Source of the DNA: Adineta vaga
Taxonomy: Eukaryota > Animalia > Rotifera
Length of the DNA stretch: 64,000 nucleotides
Direction: 5' to 3'
Assembly: GCA_021613535.1 (NCBI GenBank)
Contig: CP075497.1
Span: forward strand, 7,564,001 to 7,628,000
This document shows positions 25,886 through 37,761 of this stretch, one piece after another (within the stretch, counting starts at the first letter, position 1; each line of letters opens with the position of its first letter). The notes under the pieces are model-generated. The model was not told the DNA's origin and ran no database searches. It saw nothing but the letters and a program-made list of their open reading frames with translations. The translations under genes and the position numbers were made by a program.

Positions 25886-27031
25886 ATGTCGTTTCAACAT
25901 ATTTTCTTCATTAAATTATTACTTTTTTCAAGTCTTTATGCTGCTTTGGATATCAAATCGGTTAAAGAACAACCAACAGTTCGATTGATGAACGCTGTTC
26001 ATGGCATAGTACTTATGCCAATAGTAGGACTAGGCACTGGAGGTTATGGTTCTCCAAATGGTTCCGGTGGCCAATACTGGGGACCTGAACAAGGTCATAA
26101 TGCCAGTGTCTCATGGTTAAAAATGGGTGGTCGACGTATTGATAGTTCAGGTGATTATGCTTCATGTGACGGTATTGGTACAGGTTGGATCACTAGTGGT
26201 GTACCTCGTTCAGAAATATTCATTACATCCAAGGTAGATCCAGCAGGTTACAATCAAACACTTGCTGAATTTGCTGGTATCTTGAAATCTTTGCAAACGA
26301 CATATGTTGATCTTTTACTTATTCATTGGCCTGGTGCACAACCAGGCAAGTCTGATAAACCAATACCTTCTTGCAAGGAAGGACAAGCAACTTGGACGGA
26401 TTGTCGTATTCAAACCTGGCGAGCATTAGAAACAATATTTAATCTAAAACAAGTAAAATTTATTCTATATTTATTTACTACATACATTTTCATTTCTATT
26501 CTTTAGGTTCGTGCCATTGGTGTGAGTAACTATGAAGTGAATCATTTATTAGAAATTTTCAATTTGAATTCTACTCTTCCAAGTGTTAACCAAGTATAAA
26601 TTTTTCGTCAAATCGTTTTTCTTTAATAATATTTTCAATTATTTTAGGTAGAATTTCATCCTTATTGGCATGAAGATGAACTTCTTGATTTTTGTCAAAA
26701 ACATAATATCACTTTCAATAGTTACTCGTCAGTTGGCTGTCCTGATCATGCTACTAAATTAGGACCTACTTGGAATCCTATACCTGATTTACGTACACAT
26801 CCTAGTGTCGTTGCAATTGCAACTAAACATGAAAAAAGTTCTGCTCAAGTAATACTTCGTTGGCATTGGCAACAAGGTATAATCATTAATCCTCGTACTC
26901 GTGATCCAACACATATGATGGAAAATATGTCTATATTTGATTTTGAACTTGATCATCAAGATATGATGACTCTTGCTTATTTGAATCATCCAATGAGCAA
27001 AATATGTGGTGATCCAAGACTAATTTTATAA
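25886..27031 (+). CDS. Aldo-keto reductase (AKR1-5-like fold) with N-terminal signal peptide, 3 exons
   Basis: MPIVGLGTG, IDSSGDY (catalytic D/Y), RSEIFITSK (K), YVDLLLIHWP (H), VRAIGVSNY, NQVEFHP, AQVILRW, ENMSIFDFEL. Stop TAA at 27029-27031. Confidence 0.93.
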
Positions 27032-27138
27032 ATACAAAAGGTTCATAATAGCAAATAATGAAAAATCGAATTGCTTTACGTTTGACAGACTGATTTTTTT
27101 TAAAGAATAAACGAACTGCAAGTAAAGATATACGTTTG

Positions 27139-28506
27139 CTATTCATTTTCTTCATTGCAATTATCTATGATGTTTCTTACGACTTTAAAAATATTAATTC
27201 GACCACCTTTTTCTTTCCAACCATCTGGATGTGAATTGATTGCAGCTGGTTTCATTTTAATCATTTCGACATAATTTTTCAATCTTGAAAATTTATCAAT
27301 ATTTAATCCTCGATGTATCAAATAGGCCATCACAGGATAGAATGCACAATCTGCTAATGTAAATTGATCACAAGCAATAAATATACTTTTTGTTAGATAC
27401 ATTTCCCAGAATGCAAGTTCTTGATCGATCATATCAAGAGTTTTCATAATTGAATCTTTACGTAATGATTGTTCGTGTTTCGGTGTTTTGAAAACAATAT
27501 CTTCAAGAGGTTCGTATATATCGACAAGGTTTTGTGATTCTTGAATGCGTTGTAAAACTTGAATATGTTGTTTTTTATCGATGGGCAGAAGTGAAGGAGT
27601 TTTAGGATAATATTCTTCAAGATAATGTAAAATAGCAAGAGATTCGGCAATAATTGAACCATCTTTATCGACGAATGTCGGTGTTAAACCACGAGGATTT
27701 ATTGCAAGAAATTCAGCAGATTTCGTTTCTTTAGGATTTGACATAACTTTAAGACGTTTACTTTCAAAATCGATATTTTTTTCATAAAGCGCCATCATTA
27801 CTCTCCAACTAGGAATTGATCCATTTACCAAATAAAGAACAGGTTTTGAAATAGTTCTATTAGCTGATATTTGTGGAAGATGAAATTGATCAGAAGTTAT
27901 TATTGTTGCATACCATCGTCCCATTAGTTCTAATGCATTTTGATGAGAAACTTCATTACGACATCCAAGACAATCACTCCAAACAAAAACTTTGTGACCA
28001 TGAAAGAACGCATCGATAGTTGTTGCTTGAACGCAAACATTTGTTGTAAGACCACAGATATGAACTTCATCTACATTCTTCAAAATATCGGCAAGATTCG
28101 TATCAGTAAAAGCTGAATAGTATGTTTTAGTTATAATTATATCTTGATCTGGTTTAATAAGTGAATCAATTTCTGGCGGGAATTTTTGTCCATCTGTTCC
28201 AGATATACATAATGGAAATGTTCGATGTGTACTGGAATGAAAAGCATCATTCATGGGAACATTTTCATATTGTCTACCTTCTGGACGATTAAGATATTTT
28301 GGTTCAGTTGGAACATTTGAATAATCTGCTTTGATCCAAATAACGATGTTATTATTAAAATTACGAAAATGTGGAAGAATATTTGTTAAATTAATAATAA
28401 TATGATCTGCTTTGACAGGTTTATCTTTAAATGGACCATTTAGAGTAATAAAATCTTGTTGAATATCAATCGCCAGTAATGCTTGTCGGCTTTGATTTTC
28501 TACCAT
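27139..28506 (-). CDS. Intronless fusion: isochorismatase-like cysteine hydrolase + glutathione S-transferase (N and C domains)
   Basis: Single 455-aa ORF. N-half: ALLAIDIQQDF (D), ITKTYYSAF (K), GLTTNVCVQAT (C). C-half: NGSIPSWRVMMALYEK, INPRGLTPTF, ESLAILHYL, FTLADCAFYP. Confidence 0.92.
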   Translation of the reverse strand: MVENQSRQALLAIDIQQDFITLNGPFKDKPVKADHIIINLTNILPHFRNFNNNIVIWIKADYSNVPTEPKYLNRPEGRQYENVPMNDAFHSSTHRTFPLCISGTDGQKFPPEIDSLIKPDQDIIITKTYYSAFTDTNLADILKNVDEVHICGLTTNVCVQATTIDAFFHGHKVFVWSDCLGCRNEVSHQNALELMGRWYATIITSDQFHLPQISANRTISKPVLYLVNGSIPSWRVMMALYEKNIDFESKRLKVMSNPKETKSAEFLAINPRGLTPTFVDKDGSIIAESLAILHYLEEYYPKTPSLLPIDKKQHIQVLQRIQESQNLVDIYEPLEDIVFKTPKHEQSLRKDSIMKTLDMIDQELAFWEMYLTKSIFIACDQFTLADCAFYPVMAYLIHRGLNIDKFSRLKNYVEMIKMKPAAINSHPDGWKEKGGRINIFKVVRNIIDNCNEENE

Positions 28507-28560
28507 AATGTTATGATTATTGTTGTTTATACTAAAATTAAATAACGAAAAAACGAGTCA

Positions 28561-28567
28561 TTTTATA
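28561..28567 (-). promoter_or_regulatory. Candidate TATA box of the hydrolase-GST gene
   Basis: TATAAAA on the minus strand about 55 bp upstream of ATG 28506. Weak evidence in an AT-rich background. Confidence 0.3.
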
Positions 28568-28721
28568 CTTATAAAGGTGATGTTAGACTCGATTGCATCG
28601 CATCGCTCCATTGTTTATTTTATCCAATGATTATTATAAAGATAAATATCGTATATTCTATTCGACTGTTCGGTGAAAACACAAAACAATGCTTTTGTAA
28701 GAATAGCTAACAGTTTGTTTT

Positions 28722-28744
28722 ATGATGTAATGCTATTGCATCAT
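28722..28744. promoter_or_regulatory. Inverted pair of C/EBP-ATF (ATF4 CARE/AARE)-like elements
   Basis: ATGATGTAAT-gct-ATTGCATCAT, i.e. TGATGTAAT on + and TGATGCAAT on -, about 220 bp upstream of the hydrolase-GST ATG. Confidence 0.35.
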
Positions 28745-28904
28745 AGAAATGATATCAATAAAATGAGTAGTATATACTTTCATATTTACTTTAAAAAAAT
28801 TGTTGTTAAAAATTAAATATATAGAAACACAGATTTTTTGTTTATAGAGATAATTATATTTAATAAACAAAGCAATCGATCGATACAAATAACGTTCGAA
28901 AAAA

Positions 28905-30937
28905 CTAATCTTCTTCATCTTCATTTTCAATTTCTTCTTCTCCTTCTTCCTCTTCTTCTGGTTTTTCAGCAGCAGCACGTGCTTTTTCTTCATCTTCAGC
29001 TGTTGGATCATCAGCTTCAGCAATTTCTGGTCCATCTGTATATTCACTAGCTGGCATGGGTGGTAATTCAGGTCGATAATCATTCGTTGAATATTTATGG
29101 CCCTGACCAATATAAATATTTTCCCAGATCGTTCCCCGAGCAAATGCATAAGCACCAGGCCAAAGATTTGATCGAACAAATGCACAAGCATATTGTGGTA
29201 TTAAATTAGAAGAGATCTTTGCTGTCCAAGCTTTAGTACGATGAATTTCTGCATCAGCACCAATAGGTGTTAGAAGTGGTGGACCTTGTTCTGGTTGAAT
29301 TTCATTTTGAGCTTTACCCTCTTCATCTTCGTCTTCTTCTTCTTGTTCTTCTTCTTCGGCATCTTCCTTTGGATTCCACCATTTTGTTCGACCTTGAGGA
29401 AGAATATGCAAAACGTGATGAACCTAAATAAAATATTGAATTGAATTATTTGTAAAATGAAAACGCAATTATTTCTTACCCATCCATTTAATTCTTCATC
29501 AGTTAATTCAGATAAAGGTGCACCTGTAAAATCTTCATTATCTTCATAATTTTGTCGACCACCTTCTTCTTCCTCTTCTTCTTCCTAAAGAAAAGTCATA
29601 TAGATTAACATAATGACGAATCAATTTTCATTACCTCGGAAAATTTAAATCGTCCATTAGGTGATACATGTGTCGTTGCACTAATTCGAGCAATTTGAGC
29701 ACGTAAATAATGTTTTTCTGTTCCAGGATATGCAGGAAATGATTTGATTTCTCGAGTTAAATCTCCAGTAAAGTAAACTTTGATTTGCCGAGCCAACGAG
29801 ATATGTGCAGGTGTTACAGTTGGCAATCGAATCCATGGTGCACCAGCTAAATGATAAAAAGAACATGAAAATTATACAATTATACTCTTTTTGGTGACAT
29901 AATGAAAGATACATACGACGATTGCAAACATAATATGTATATTTATTCACACCAGTTCCACGTTCTTCTTTTGGTACAGTTGGCGGTGATTTATAGTTTG
30001 ATTTTGGTAATGGATCTTCTTCGCCTTCACCTTCTTCATCATCATCCATATCTTTTCCTTCATCATTTTCATTATTTTCTTCGTTTTCTTCTTCTTCTTC
30101 AACTTCTTCATCAGCATTCTGTTCAGCCTCAGCTATATAATAATTCTTCTCTGTACCTAATATTTTACCCCAAAAACGAAGCTTTTCAAATTGACTTTTA
30201 TCTACTAGCTGTTTCAATGCAAGCCAAATTCTAAGTATAATCAACAAAATATCAATAGGATATTTCTATAGCGTAAATTTTCTTACTGATAAGTTTCATC
30301 TCGTCCAAGACCAACACCAGCTTGTTCAAAATAATAAGCTTGTTCAAGAATATGTGGTAATGGTGATTGTAATGCATCTTCATCAAGATCATCTGTATTT
30401 TCACCTTTCTACATATAGAATAATGAAATATTCTTGTCAGAGATTATTATGCTTAAAATTTACTTCAAAAAGTGGTTTCTGTTCTTCATTCAAAATCTGT
30501 TCTGTATCATGTGGTGGTGAATCATCTGCTTTTGTTTCATCTTCAGATCGAACAGATTTACTAACATCTTCGAATATAATAGCACTATCACCTGTAAAAT
30601 TCAATAGAATATTTGATATGAAACTTAACATATCTTTACATACGAGGTTGTTCGGTTAATAATCGTGAAACACATTTTACCAAATGATTGTATCTATAAT
30701 CAAATAATAGGAAAATAAATGTTTAATTCTCCTAAACAAAAGTATTTACAAAGTAACACCCTTCTTGGTTTGTGCTGATAAAATGTATGATTTTGCATCA
30801 TTAAAATGTTTTTCCATTTCTCCATCATCTGGTGTTCCAATACGTTGTCTTTGATCTATACAAAATTGAATTATGTTTATTCTTTCAATAATTTCAATCT
30901 AACCTCCATTAAAGCTTTGGTATTGAGCTGTACTCAT
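28905..30937 (-). CDS. RSPH4A: Radial spoke head protein 4/6 homolog
   Basis: [93 protein letters not shown] and an acidic tail. ATG at 30937 ([11 protein letters not shown]|DQRQR). Confidence 0.93.
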
Positions 30938-31001
30938 TTTCAAAATAAAATATTGGTAGTGTTTGCAATACTTTTTTGTTTCAATGTCTTTTAGATGTTA
31001 T

Positions 31002-31014
31002 GTTGCTTGCCAAC
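31002..31014. promoter_or_regulatory. X-box (RFX)-like motif upstream of RSPH4/6
   Basis: GTTGCTTGCCAAC, 65 bp upstream of the start codon of a motile-cilium gene. Confidence 0.5.
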
Positions 31015-31146
31015 CATCCTCCTTCTTTTCCGCTCGTTTAAAAATTCTTTTTCTTCTTCTTCTGATGATGTCGCTCATTGAGTGACTGTTACATATTTTT
31101 CATGTTAATTCTTTTCTATGTTAAGTTTGTTCGTTATTAATAACGA

Positions 31147-31166
31147 ATATATATATATATATATAT
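31147..31166. repeat. (AT)n microsatellite (similar tracts near 31856, 42358, 47061, 50083, 54574)
   Basis: Ten AT units seen directly. Confidence 0.9.
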
Positions 31167-32556
31167 CTGTATACAGATGTTGAATGACAATCACTTACAC
31201 TTTGCCCTCCTGCAATTAGGACAATAGTGTGAAACAATTTGTAAATTGAGATATATGTTCCCTTTCTCTTTCTTCTCATTGCTTCAAGGATCAAACGATG
31301 GTCACCTGCGAGATACAAACTATATCCACTACCACCATTGTTGATAATGAATAAGCGGCAAAATCGACACGGTCGGTAATTGAGAAATGATATGGTCATT
31401 TGACAATTCGAATGTTTGATCATTAAACAATATATATATTTATACACATATATAAAACTTATCAAGGATGCTTGATTTGACCCTCCTATGCTAAATCACC
31501 ATTGTTATTATTTCTTTTTTTACCTTCCTTTCAGCAATGCAAAGGATTATAAATACACGTACAGATACACATGATCTCAAATGATAATAATACTCGTGTC
31601 ACAAACAATAGTTCTTTTCTTTTGTGTAAAGTCGAATATCATGATTAAATCCTTGTAATAGGTCAACGAAAATGTTCACTTACATTTCAATTTATTGATT
31701 TGATATTGACATGTATATATGAATTGTTTACAGAAAAACAAATTGATATGATGTAATATCAACCTTGTGAAAATCTATACTGTTAAACTTGTTCGATCAT
31801 GTACAGAGATTAGTGATGGATAAATGACATCAGTCTTGAATGCATGTATATAACTATATATATATATATATATGTACATAAATCAAGAAAGCAGAACTTT
31901 TACTTGATTTACCTCGCACATATATTCAACTAATAAAGTCATAGGCGCGCATATAATATTGATCAAGTACGATCAACATCGTTCTCTTTGTTATTCAAAT
32001 AATGTTACTCTTCTTTTCATTTCTTTGCTCGTGTTATTTGTTTGTGCTTATTATCGTTTGAATGGAACCAGTAATATAATCGAATAGTAATTTCTTCTTT
32101 AGCAAATAGACCAGACATCAATATGATGTATAGAATTATTTCTATTTGTCGATTGACAATTCATGAAGCAAGAAGAAAAAGAACGTAAAGATACCTTCAT
32201 CATTAAATGAAAGAATGAAGCTTAGCACAAGGATCTTGAAGACGATATTTGCATATCGATTGGCGAGGTCATGATCCTATTGTCTCACCTATCATTAGGA
32301 GAATTTTTAATGACCAATTAGATAGATGAAGATACAAGTGTCGTGTCCATACATTTCATAGAGAAGAATTTCACGTTTTTCTCCTCATCGAATATTATTG
32401 AATTAGGAAGAAGGAGAAGAGGAGAGAAAAAAAAATATATCGAATCATATCCAATGAATTGATTTTGTCTGTATGTGTTGATTCGATGAATGATTCGACT
32501 TTTTGTCGTTCTCTCTTTTGATTGAAAAAAAAGAAGTAACCTATCCATTTTAGAAT

Positions 32557-33842
32557 ATGAACGGACATCGACAAATGAGTACAACGTCAAGTAAGTGTTT
32601 TGGTCTCTTGAGATTTTATCTTATGAAGATTATTCGTTTTGTCTAGGTCGAATTTTAACTGATGTTCCATGTAAAGTTTGTCACGATAATTCATCTGGTA
32701 AACATTATGGAATATTTGCTTGCGATGGGTAAGTAACAAATGGAGTTTTTTGTGAAATCTTTGGATAAGAACAATTTTATTTGATTAGATGTGCTGGATT
32801 TTTTAAACGATCAATTCGACGAAATCGTCAATATGTATGTAAAAATCATGGTCTAGGAAATTGTCCTGTAGATAAAACGCATCGAAATCAATGTCGAAGT
32901 TGTCGATTAACACGTTGTTTAGAGGCAGGAATGAATAAAGAAGGTATATCGAATTATGATGAAAAGAATTTTATCTTCATATTTTAATTTCAATTAGCTG
33001 TACAACATGAACGTGGACCAAGAAATTCAACGATACGAAAACAAATGGCTCTATTACTTAGAGAATCTAATGATATTATTAATGCATATCATTTACATCG
33101 TTATCAATCGATTTCTTTTCATCAACCATCAGTACCTAAAGTAATTCAAAATTGAATTTATTATTCATTGCTTTCTTATTCATGTTTAGTTTCCAATGAT
33201 TGATCATCATGAATCAGCTGCAAAAGTTTTATTCAATGCTATTAATTGGACTAAATCTGTACCAGCATTCACATCTCTATCCAATCGTGATCAAGTATGT
33301 TTGATTAAGCATTTTCGTTTCTTTTTCCCTATTGTTTCTTTTAGTCTTGTTTGCTGGAAGAAAGCTGGCGTGATTTATTCATTCTTACTGCTATGGAACA
33401 ACAATTTACAATGAATTTCGATGATCTAATTTATTCGAATGATAAATATGAAATCTATAAATCTGATATTGAAAATTTTCAGGAAATTCTAAACAAATCC
33501 AAACAAATGAAAATCGATGGTAATGAATTAATCTGTTTAAAAAATTTAGTTCTTTTTAAAACACATTTAAACAATTGTCAAACAATAATGAATTCGAAAC
33601 TAACTGATCTTCCTACTATTCATTATTTACAAAATCAATCACAAATTTTATTAAATGCATATATAAATAAACAATATCCATTGGAAGAGAGTCGATTTTT
33701 AAAATTAATTACATTAATTTCTTCATTTCGTTTAATTTCATCGTCAATGATTGAAGAAATTTTTTTTCGAAAAACAATTGGAGATCAAACTCATATGGAA
33801 CAACTTGTTAAAGATATGTACCGAATGGTTGTTCATTCATAA
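32557..33842 (+). CDS. NR2E1: Nuclear receptor tailless/TLX
   Basis: DBD: [44 protein letters not shown]...[12 protein letters not shown]...[12 protein letters not shown] (P-box CDGCAG). LBD: ESAAKVLF...[10 protein letters not shown]...[11 protein letters not shown]...LVKDMY. Confidence 0.95.
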
Positions 33843-34018
33843 AATATGTTCGATGACCGGTTTAGGATTACGGGCTTTTTCTTCCTATTTCTTATACAGT
33901 GCTAAATTACGGGCCATTTTTTCTTTTTCATTTCTTTGGGTATACTTTCTTTTGTGTGTATGATATAGCAACATGTAATAAAAATACATTTATTTGTGTC
34001 AAATATAATGAAGAAAAG

Positions 34019-35667
34019 TCAAAGTTTTCTTGCGTTTGGATTGGTATTACTAGCCACTGTTTTAGGACGATTAGTAACTGGTGGTGGACGGTGTTGTTTA
34101 CCTTCGGAAACAAGTCGATGAAGCTGAAGAAAATAAAGATTAGAATTTGGCAGAGAGAGAACACGAAAGAAATGAATATATACTTCGTGAATTTCATTTT
34201 TAACTTGCCGTCGTTCTTCAAATATATTTCCTCGTGCTTCTAATCGACGTTTAAGCATTTTATCAGTGATGCTACGAATATCGTCATGAATTTGTCGATC
34301 ATATCCACGTCTGAAAATAATGTATATATACATAGATAGATTGAAAACATTGACGAACCTCGTTTCATCTTCTCTTCCGACGTATTCAGCAGAAAGAGTT
34401 CTAAGAAATTCTAATTGATCTTTACTAATCATTCGTGTATATCGTCGATTAATAAGACTTGCAGTTGGAGCAATCGGTTTCTTCGAATCTACTTACACAA
34501 TAAAAATTCTAAATCTTTTGCAGAAGAAGAAGACAGATTACCTTTGCTCTTGCCAAAACTTCTTGGACGTATTTGTTGTTTTGCTCTATGACGTTCTATT
34601 TCTTGATACTAGAAAAAAATCCAATCAAAAAACACTTTTGACAACTGTATGAATGAGAACGACAACTTACTTTCATTTGCATAAATGTTTGTTCTTGAGC
34701 TGTGTAAACATTTCTTTGTCGATCATTATTGTTTTTTATTATCATACTTTGTGTTCTAAATAAAATTCCATTTATACTCAAGGGAAATATTTTGAAAACA
34801 TACACTTGAGGTAATTTTTTCGCTGAATGTGGTGGTGATATGGAACGTCTTACGGAACAAATTATTCGTTCATATTGTTTACATGATTGAACACGAAGTG
34901 GAGAAAGATCTGAATGAGAAACTTCATCGTCATCATCATCATCATCACCAGTTGAAGTTAATCTTCTATACAAAAGAAAGAAACATGAACAGATTACTTT
35001 CATACAATTACTCTTCCATTTAATCTAGTTATAAAAATACTTAGATTTTCGAGGTGAATATCTCGGTGTTTGTTGAAGATCATCATCATCATCTGTTAAG
35101 GAGAATTCATCATCGGTATGAAGTTCATCACGTAGATATTGTTGAATTGCTTTGATACCTTGTTTAATAACTTCATTTGGAGGATGATTCAATGGATTTC
35201 CATCAAGATTTAATGCAGATAATGTTTTTACTTTGCCAAGTTCATGTGGTAATGTACGAAGAAAATTTCCACTAAGTAAAAGATATTGAAGAGATGAATG
35301 TGCACCGAGACCTTCATGAGGTATTGAAGTTAATTTATTATGACGTAGGTCAAGCCATTTTAAATTACATAATCGAACGAAAAGATCATTGGGTAATTGT
35401 TTTAATTGATTACCTTCTAAATATAAATACTAGAAAGAACGAATGAATGAAATGTGAATGACTATAAGACAATAGTTTTACTTGCAATGAAGGAAACTCA
35501 AGAAGTTGCGTAGGAAATTGAGTGAGATTTTTTTTTGAAAGATCAAGACAGTTAAAACCTTGTTGTTGAGCTTTGATTAGAAGTTGATCAAGACTACTTT
35601 CATTTCTATCATCAATATCAAGACTCACATCATGGGAAAGTTCTGTTGGAATTTCAAGGTTATTCAT
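34019..35667 (-). CDS. LRRC27: Leucine-rich repeat protein, LRRC27-like (N-terminal LRRs, low-complexity/charged C-terminus)
   Basis: LDLSKKNL, YLYLEGNQLKQLPNDLFVRLCNLKWLDLRHNKLTSIP, LLLSGNFLRTLPHELGKVKTLSALNLDGNPLNHPP...IQQYLR. Short GT-AG introns downstream. Confidence 0.7.
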
Positions 35668-35766
35668 TGTATGAAATTAATTGAAACAAAATATGACATT
35701 GAATTGGAAATTAAGTAAATATAGTTAGCTTATATAAACACCATATGTGTGACGTTTATGTCAGAT

Positions 35767-35780
35767 GAAACCCTGGCAAC
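35767..35780. promoter_or_regulatory. X-box (RFX)-like motif upstream of LRRC27-like gene
   Basis: GAAACCCTGGCAAC (perfect TGGCAAC half-site), 100 bp upstream of ATG 35667. Confidence 0.35.
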
Positions 35781-36010
35781 ATCAGACATAATCAAAATCA
35801 AACACAGCGCCATCTTCGACCACATATTGTAGGATGAGAAACTGTATTTTGCTTTTTCGACACCGTTTGATATGTGTACGAGAAATATTTCGAAATGTAT
35901 AATGTTATTTAAGTCTCATGCTGTGATTTTATTGAAATATTAAAATAAGAATATGTCTGAATGAAAAAAATGAACAGCACCGAAAAAAAGCATAGTTCAT
36001 AGTATAGTGT

Positions 36011-37704
36011 TCAGTTCTTCATTTGATTATTATCAGTGTTTTCTGCTTTATTTTCATTCGTTTTCTGAGTTTTTGATGGTGATGATGTACTTCTCGGTAA
36101 ATCTTTTATGACAATATGTGAACGAGTATCTAATGAACCATTGGTTGTCGTACAAGTAATGTCCATGTTATTGAATGGATTCTGCGGGAGAACTGTGGTT
36201 ACTGATCGAGATAATTGTCCATTCAAATCAGTATGTCGTTGTGTGGGTTCATTAACAGAAAGAGGTCTAAAGAAAAAACAAACACACAATTTTGATAAAA
36301 ACAAATATTGGAAAATTAGATTGTTTTACTTATGATAATCAGCGGTTGTTGTGTAAGCTTGACCTTGCGAATCATAATGTGAAACAGGTGTAATCTTAGT
36401 CCAATGCGATTTACCCGTATAGAACGGAATATTAGTTTTACTAAAATGATATTCATTGGAAAAGAATCGAAAAATACAGATGAATAAAACTTACAATGGA
36501 TTAATACCAAATTTCGGTTGTTCATTACGTACGAGTGTATATGGTTGAAAATCTACTGTTGGATTATCGATATCTTGTATATTGTCACCACCAATGCAAC
36601 CTGAATAACCGGATATGTGCTGTGCACGTGGTAATGGTGCAACATTTTCTAGTGGTTTTCGATAGAAATTAACATTTCGTAATTGAACACGATCCCATTC
36701 AAGAATTTGACGTGTACGTGCATCTTGAAGTGATATTAAACGTTTTGATTGTAAAACTGGATCACTTCCATGAGCTTCATAGGTGGACAATGGCATAGGT
36801 AATTTTGATGGTAATTTCGAATCTATAGAATATGAAAACAATAAATGATTTGTCCTATCAAATGGATGGGAATATGTTTGAACGAACCCCATGCGACTTC
36901 ATCGAAAGCAGCTTGTTGTGTTGAAGTATACATAAAACGACGTGCAAGTTCATCACGTTTTGATAACTGGTTACCAGATTGATGTAATCTGGAATGTTGA
37001 GCTAGACTTGCAGGTGCTGATGAACGACCTATTTTTCTAAGATAATTTTCAGCTTCTCTACAATCTTCCTCAGGTATTAATGTGCCTAATTGAATAAGAA
37101 GAAAAAAAGGATAGATGAATAATTGTAAATCATTTAAAGCTTACCTCCTGGACCGAGTCGACCACGAAGTACTCGATCAGTGACTAATCGTTCAGTAAAA
37201 CGTGGTACAATTTCTTCAGTAGGTCCTTGTTCGTGTCTAGAAAAATACAGTTCCAATTTGTATACAGAAAAGAGAAGTCCCTTCAAACCGAAGCATTGTA
37301 ATTGCAGATGGATGATCGCGTAATGTTGTTACTTGATTGGGTATCATTCGTTGAGGATCAAGACGAGCTTTCCCAAGTGAAAATCGGGCTAACGATGCAT
37401 TAGACATATCTGTTGGACGATGAAAGATTTGTTGTGTTGATTGCGTAGAACTTTCACTGATTTGTTTGCGTACAACACTATCAAAATATCCTTGTCTATC
37501 ATAGCCAACATCAGATGTATCTAATTGAACACGACCATTTATATTCGGTGCTTGTTGAAGTCGATACAAACGTTTGGCTTGTTGTTTGTCAATGATCGTT
37601 GGTACATTATGACCTGAGATACGATAGAATGTTTCGGAAGCCGGACGAGTTAATTGCGTGGAATTTTCAAGACAATAAGGTTTCGATGAAACGATCTGTG
37701 TCAT
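36011..37704 (-). CDS. SPATA48: SPATA48/SPMIP7-like axonemal microtubule inner protein
   Basis: Spliced RRFMYTSTQQAAFDEVAWDSKLP, DPV...WDRVQLR, HISGYSGCIG...DIDNP and NIPFYTGK motifs match my recollection of C7orf72/SPATA48. ATG at 37704. Confidence 0.65.
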
Positions 37705-37761
37705 GATCAAATGAAGAAGAAAAACGAATGAAGATAAGAAATGTTGCCATTCGTATTGCTC

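Noticed and set aside
28733-30234. Lys-rich and Leu/His-rich ORFs (28733-29191, 28838-29050, 29902-30234)
   Set aside because: Alternate-frame or antisense shadows of the Glu/Asp-rich RSPH4/6 exons.
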